DNA from: Candidatus Binatia bacterium
GTDB lineage: Bacteria; Desulfobacterota; Binatia; Bin18
Length of the DNA stretch: 64,000 nucleotides
NCBI GenBank assembly: GCA_963666315.2
Contig: CAXXHG010000046.1
Span: 32,001 to 96,000, forward strand
Reading direction: 5' to 3'
Shown piece by piece: positions 61,855 through 64,000 of this stretch; the first letter of the stretch is position 1, and the number at the start of each line of letters is the position of its first letter. The notes beneath the pieces are model-generated. The model searched no databases and was not told the DNA's origin. It worked only from the letters and a program-made list of their open reading frames with translations. The position numbers and the translations under genes were made by a program.

Positions 61855-63150
61855 CTACCCCAACAAATGCTCACGCAACGTCATACCGTCGTAGTCCTGT
61901 CGATACACGCCGCGTTTCTGTAGCTCCGGGACTAATAGGTTCACCAGGTCTTCATAATAGTCGGGGGCATAATACGGGGGCGTGATCTGGAAACCGTTGC
62001 CGCCACCTTCTTCTAAAAAATGCTGCATCGCATCCGCGACTTGCGCCGGTGTACCGACTAGCGGATTTTTGTCACTCCCGGAGAGATAGGTTTTCGCAAT
62101 ATCGCGCAACGTAATATTCGGGTCATATTTTTGGTACATCTCAAACAGGCCCCTGGTGCCGGGCACCTCTAAATTTTGGACCGGGACATCAATATCAAAC
62201 TGAGACAGGTCCAAATTAAAGTGCATGGACATCTGGGCCAACGAGGCTTCTAAAGGAATACGGGCACGAATGGCAGCATAGCGTTCACGCGCTTCGGTCT
62301 CACTCTCTGCCACGAGAGGCTGCCCGGCCCACATAATTGGGATCTCGTTCGGGTTACGTCCTAACTGCTCCGCCCGACTGGCAATATCGTCGCAAAACGA
62401 ACGCATCTGCTTTATGCCACGCGCTGCACTGAAAATGCCCTCAGCGTGCCGGGCGGCAAAGGCCCGGCCACGGTCTGACTGACCAGCCTGAAACAGAAAC
62501 GGCCGTCGTCGAGGAGAGGGAATCACCGTAAACGGCCCCTGGGTCTTATACCACTTGCCGTGAAAATCCACCCGATGAACTTTAGACGGATCGGCAAAGA
62601 TCTTGTGCTCCATGTCCATCTGTACGGCATCGTCATCCCAGCTATTCCATAAACGGTGACAGACTTCCATGTATTCGTCTGCACGGTCGTAACGCTCGTC
62701 ATGCGCTGGGAGATCGTCCAGGCCGAAATTTTTTGCCTCTGCCGTTGAGGTCGAAGATACAATATTCCATCCAATCCGGCCTTTGGTCAGATGATCCAGG
62801 GTCGCTAACGTCCGAGCCAACAAAAACGGCGGATAAAACGTCGTGGACATAGTCACGGCAAAGGCGAGCTTTTTAACAACAGCGGATAGATAGGTCACGA
62901 GAGAAACCGGATCATGGCTGGGGAATTGGATCGCATAGCGAATTTGATCGGGCTGCATTCCGCCGGCAAGCCCATCAGCAAAGAACAGCATGTCGAACTT
63001 GCCGCGTTCCAGCGTCTGCACGACTGATTCCCAGTACTCACCCTCATACCATTTGTAACGAATCTTCTCGCGCGGATAGACCCAGGACAGCGGCATATGC
63101 GGGGCTGGGGTAAAGAGCGCGAAGCCGGACAGGTGAATCTGCTTGGGCAC
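61855..63150 (-). CDS. NtaA/DmoA family FMN-dependent monooxygenase
   Basis: LERGKFDMLFFAD, ATLDHLTKGRIGWNIV, RYDRADEY, FQAGQS.RGR.FAARHAE, LVPELQKRG. Confidence 0.94.
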   Translation of the reverse strand: MPKQIHLSGFALFTPAPHMPLSWVYPREKIRYKWYEGEYWESVVQTLERGKFDMLFFADGLAGGMQPDQIRYAIQFPSHDPVSLVTYLSAVVKKLAFAVTMSTTFYPPFLLARTLATLDHLTKGRIGWNIVSSTSTAEAKNFGLDDLPAHDERYDRADEYMEVCHRLWNSWDDDAVQMDMEHKIFADPSKVHRVDFHGKWYKTQGPFTVIPSPRRRPFLFQAGQSDRGRAFAARHAEGIFSAARGIKQMRSFCDDIASRAEQLGRNPNEIPIMWAGQPLVAESETEARERYAAIRARIPLEASLAQMSMHFNLDLSQFDIDVPVQNLEVPGTRGLFEMYQKYDPNITLRDIAKTYLSGSDKNPLVGTPAQVADAMQHFLEEGGGNGFQITPPYYAPDYYEDLVNLLVPELQKRGVYRQDYDGMTLREHLLG

Positions 63151-63153
63151 CGA

Positions 63154-63408
63154 TTACCACCATCCCAGCTGAAACGTGTGGATCGCTCTCTTTTTATAGT
63201 CATACAGAGAGGTGCCACAGAACCCACACACGAGCGAAGACCAGACCGAACGCGGTCGAATCGCCGCATGAAGCGGCTTCATGAAATTCTGGTTGTCATC
63301 CAACAGATCCTCAGTCAGAGCCCAGCGAGTCACCTCGTAGAGTGCATAGCCACACGTCGGAGAGGGACAGGTGATGATCATCCCAGCAATGAACGGATGG
63401 CTCGTCAT
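63154..63408 (-). CDS. Small hypothetical protein with two Cys pairs (Zn-ribbon/rubredoxin-like)
   Basis: CPSPTC and CGFC; ends 3 nt before the monooxygenase start. Confidence 0.6.
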   Translation of the reverse strand: MTSHPFIAGMIITCPSPTCGYALYEVTRWALTEDLLDDNQNFMKPLHAAIRPRSVWSSLVCGFCGTSLYDYKKRAIHTFQLGWW

Positions 63409-63630
63409 GGTTGTTACACTATTCACACAAAAGGGATGAAACAACCGTGTGCTTTTGCATACGATCCCCTCATTACGCAAATGGGCTATCGTGCCCGCAT
63501 TATCCTCCAGGCAAGCAAAAGTTGTCAATCGAAAAAAGAGTCTGCGGTGTATCTTTTTCTCATTGACCTTTAGTGCCTTTAGCGCTAGAGGGAATCAAAG
63601 GGATATATCCATCTTTCAAAGGAGGGGACT

Positions 63631-63993
63631 ATGAAACTCAAAGTCACCCGTTGGGACAAACCGGAACCACCGACCCAATCGGAATTGGTCCGGGCTATGG
63701 AAGCCGAAGGCCTGGTTGCCTATATAGAAGATGATGAGCCCAATCATTCCTACGAGGCGCATACGCATCCGAACGATGAGGTTTTGGTTGCCGTCTTGGG
63801 TGAGATCACGCTGGGTGTCGGCGACCAGAAGTGGATGCTCCGGCCAGGCGATCGGCTCGATTTACCAGCGAACACGCTGCACTGGGCAGAGACTCCATCA
63901 ATGGGCCCGATCCGCCTACTGGGTGCAAGCATCGGAGACAAGCCCGATCCAACCCGGGCAGACCGTTCGGAGGCAACGCGCGCACGTCCGTAA
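63631..63993 (+). CDS. Cupin domain protein
   Basis: HTHPNDE....V.GEI......LRPGDRL.LPANT.H; RBS AGGAGG. Confidence 0.9.
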   Translation: MKLKVTRWDKPEPPTQSELVRAMEAEGLVAYIEDDEPNHSYEAHTHPNDEVLVAVLGEITLGVGDQKWMLRPGDRLDLPANTLHWAETPSMGPIRLLGASIGDKPDPTRADRSEATRARP

Positions 63994-64000
63994 GGCTGGT

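Noticed and set aside
277-63941. Numerous 60-235 aa ORFs overlapping well-supported genes
   Set aside because: They have no recognisable motifs or RBS and are expected by chance on alternative frames of GC-rich coding DNA.

Overview
Chromosomal window from a moderately GC-rich bacterium. The gene content (many luciferase-like monooxygenases, hydantoinases, CoA transferases, NTF2 proteins) suggests a deltaproteobacteria-like lineage such as Binatia; this is inference only. The left part is an intact core block (rpmE 3' end, prfA, prmC, murA, hisD, hisB, hisH, hisA, hisF) interrupted by accessory insertions. The rest is accessory and catabolic. It holds a collapsed EPS-export locus, decayed fliK/flhB-like genes, a hydantoinase/oxoprolinase-family cluster (2 A-type, 2 B-type, plus a small Zn-finger protein), about 7 toxin-antitoxin modules or remnants, and several families of REP-like palindromes. 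About 20 accessory genes carry nonsense mutations, frameshifts, truncations or deletions, while core genes are clean. Main observations: (1) a stand-alone PrdB/GrdB-like selenoprotein hidden as two ORFs (UGA in a U-P-V-C motif followed by a SECIS-like hairpin); (2) a probable orphan IS110-type non-coding end, possibly bridge-RNA-like; (3) a MenAT1-like nucleotidyltransferase TA pair inside the his cluster; (4) a TA island bracketed by a diverged duplicate of an SDR 3' end; (5) a TA-flanked MITE nested in a REP element. All family assignments come from motif recognition; no database searches were run.
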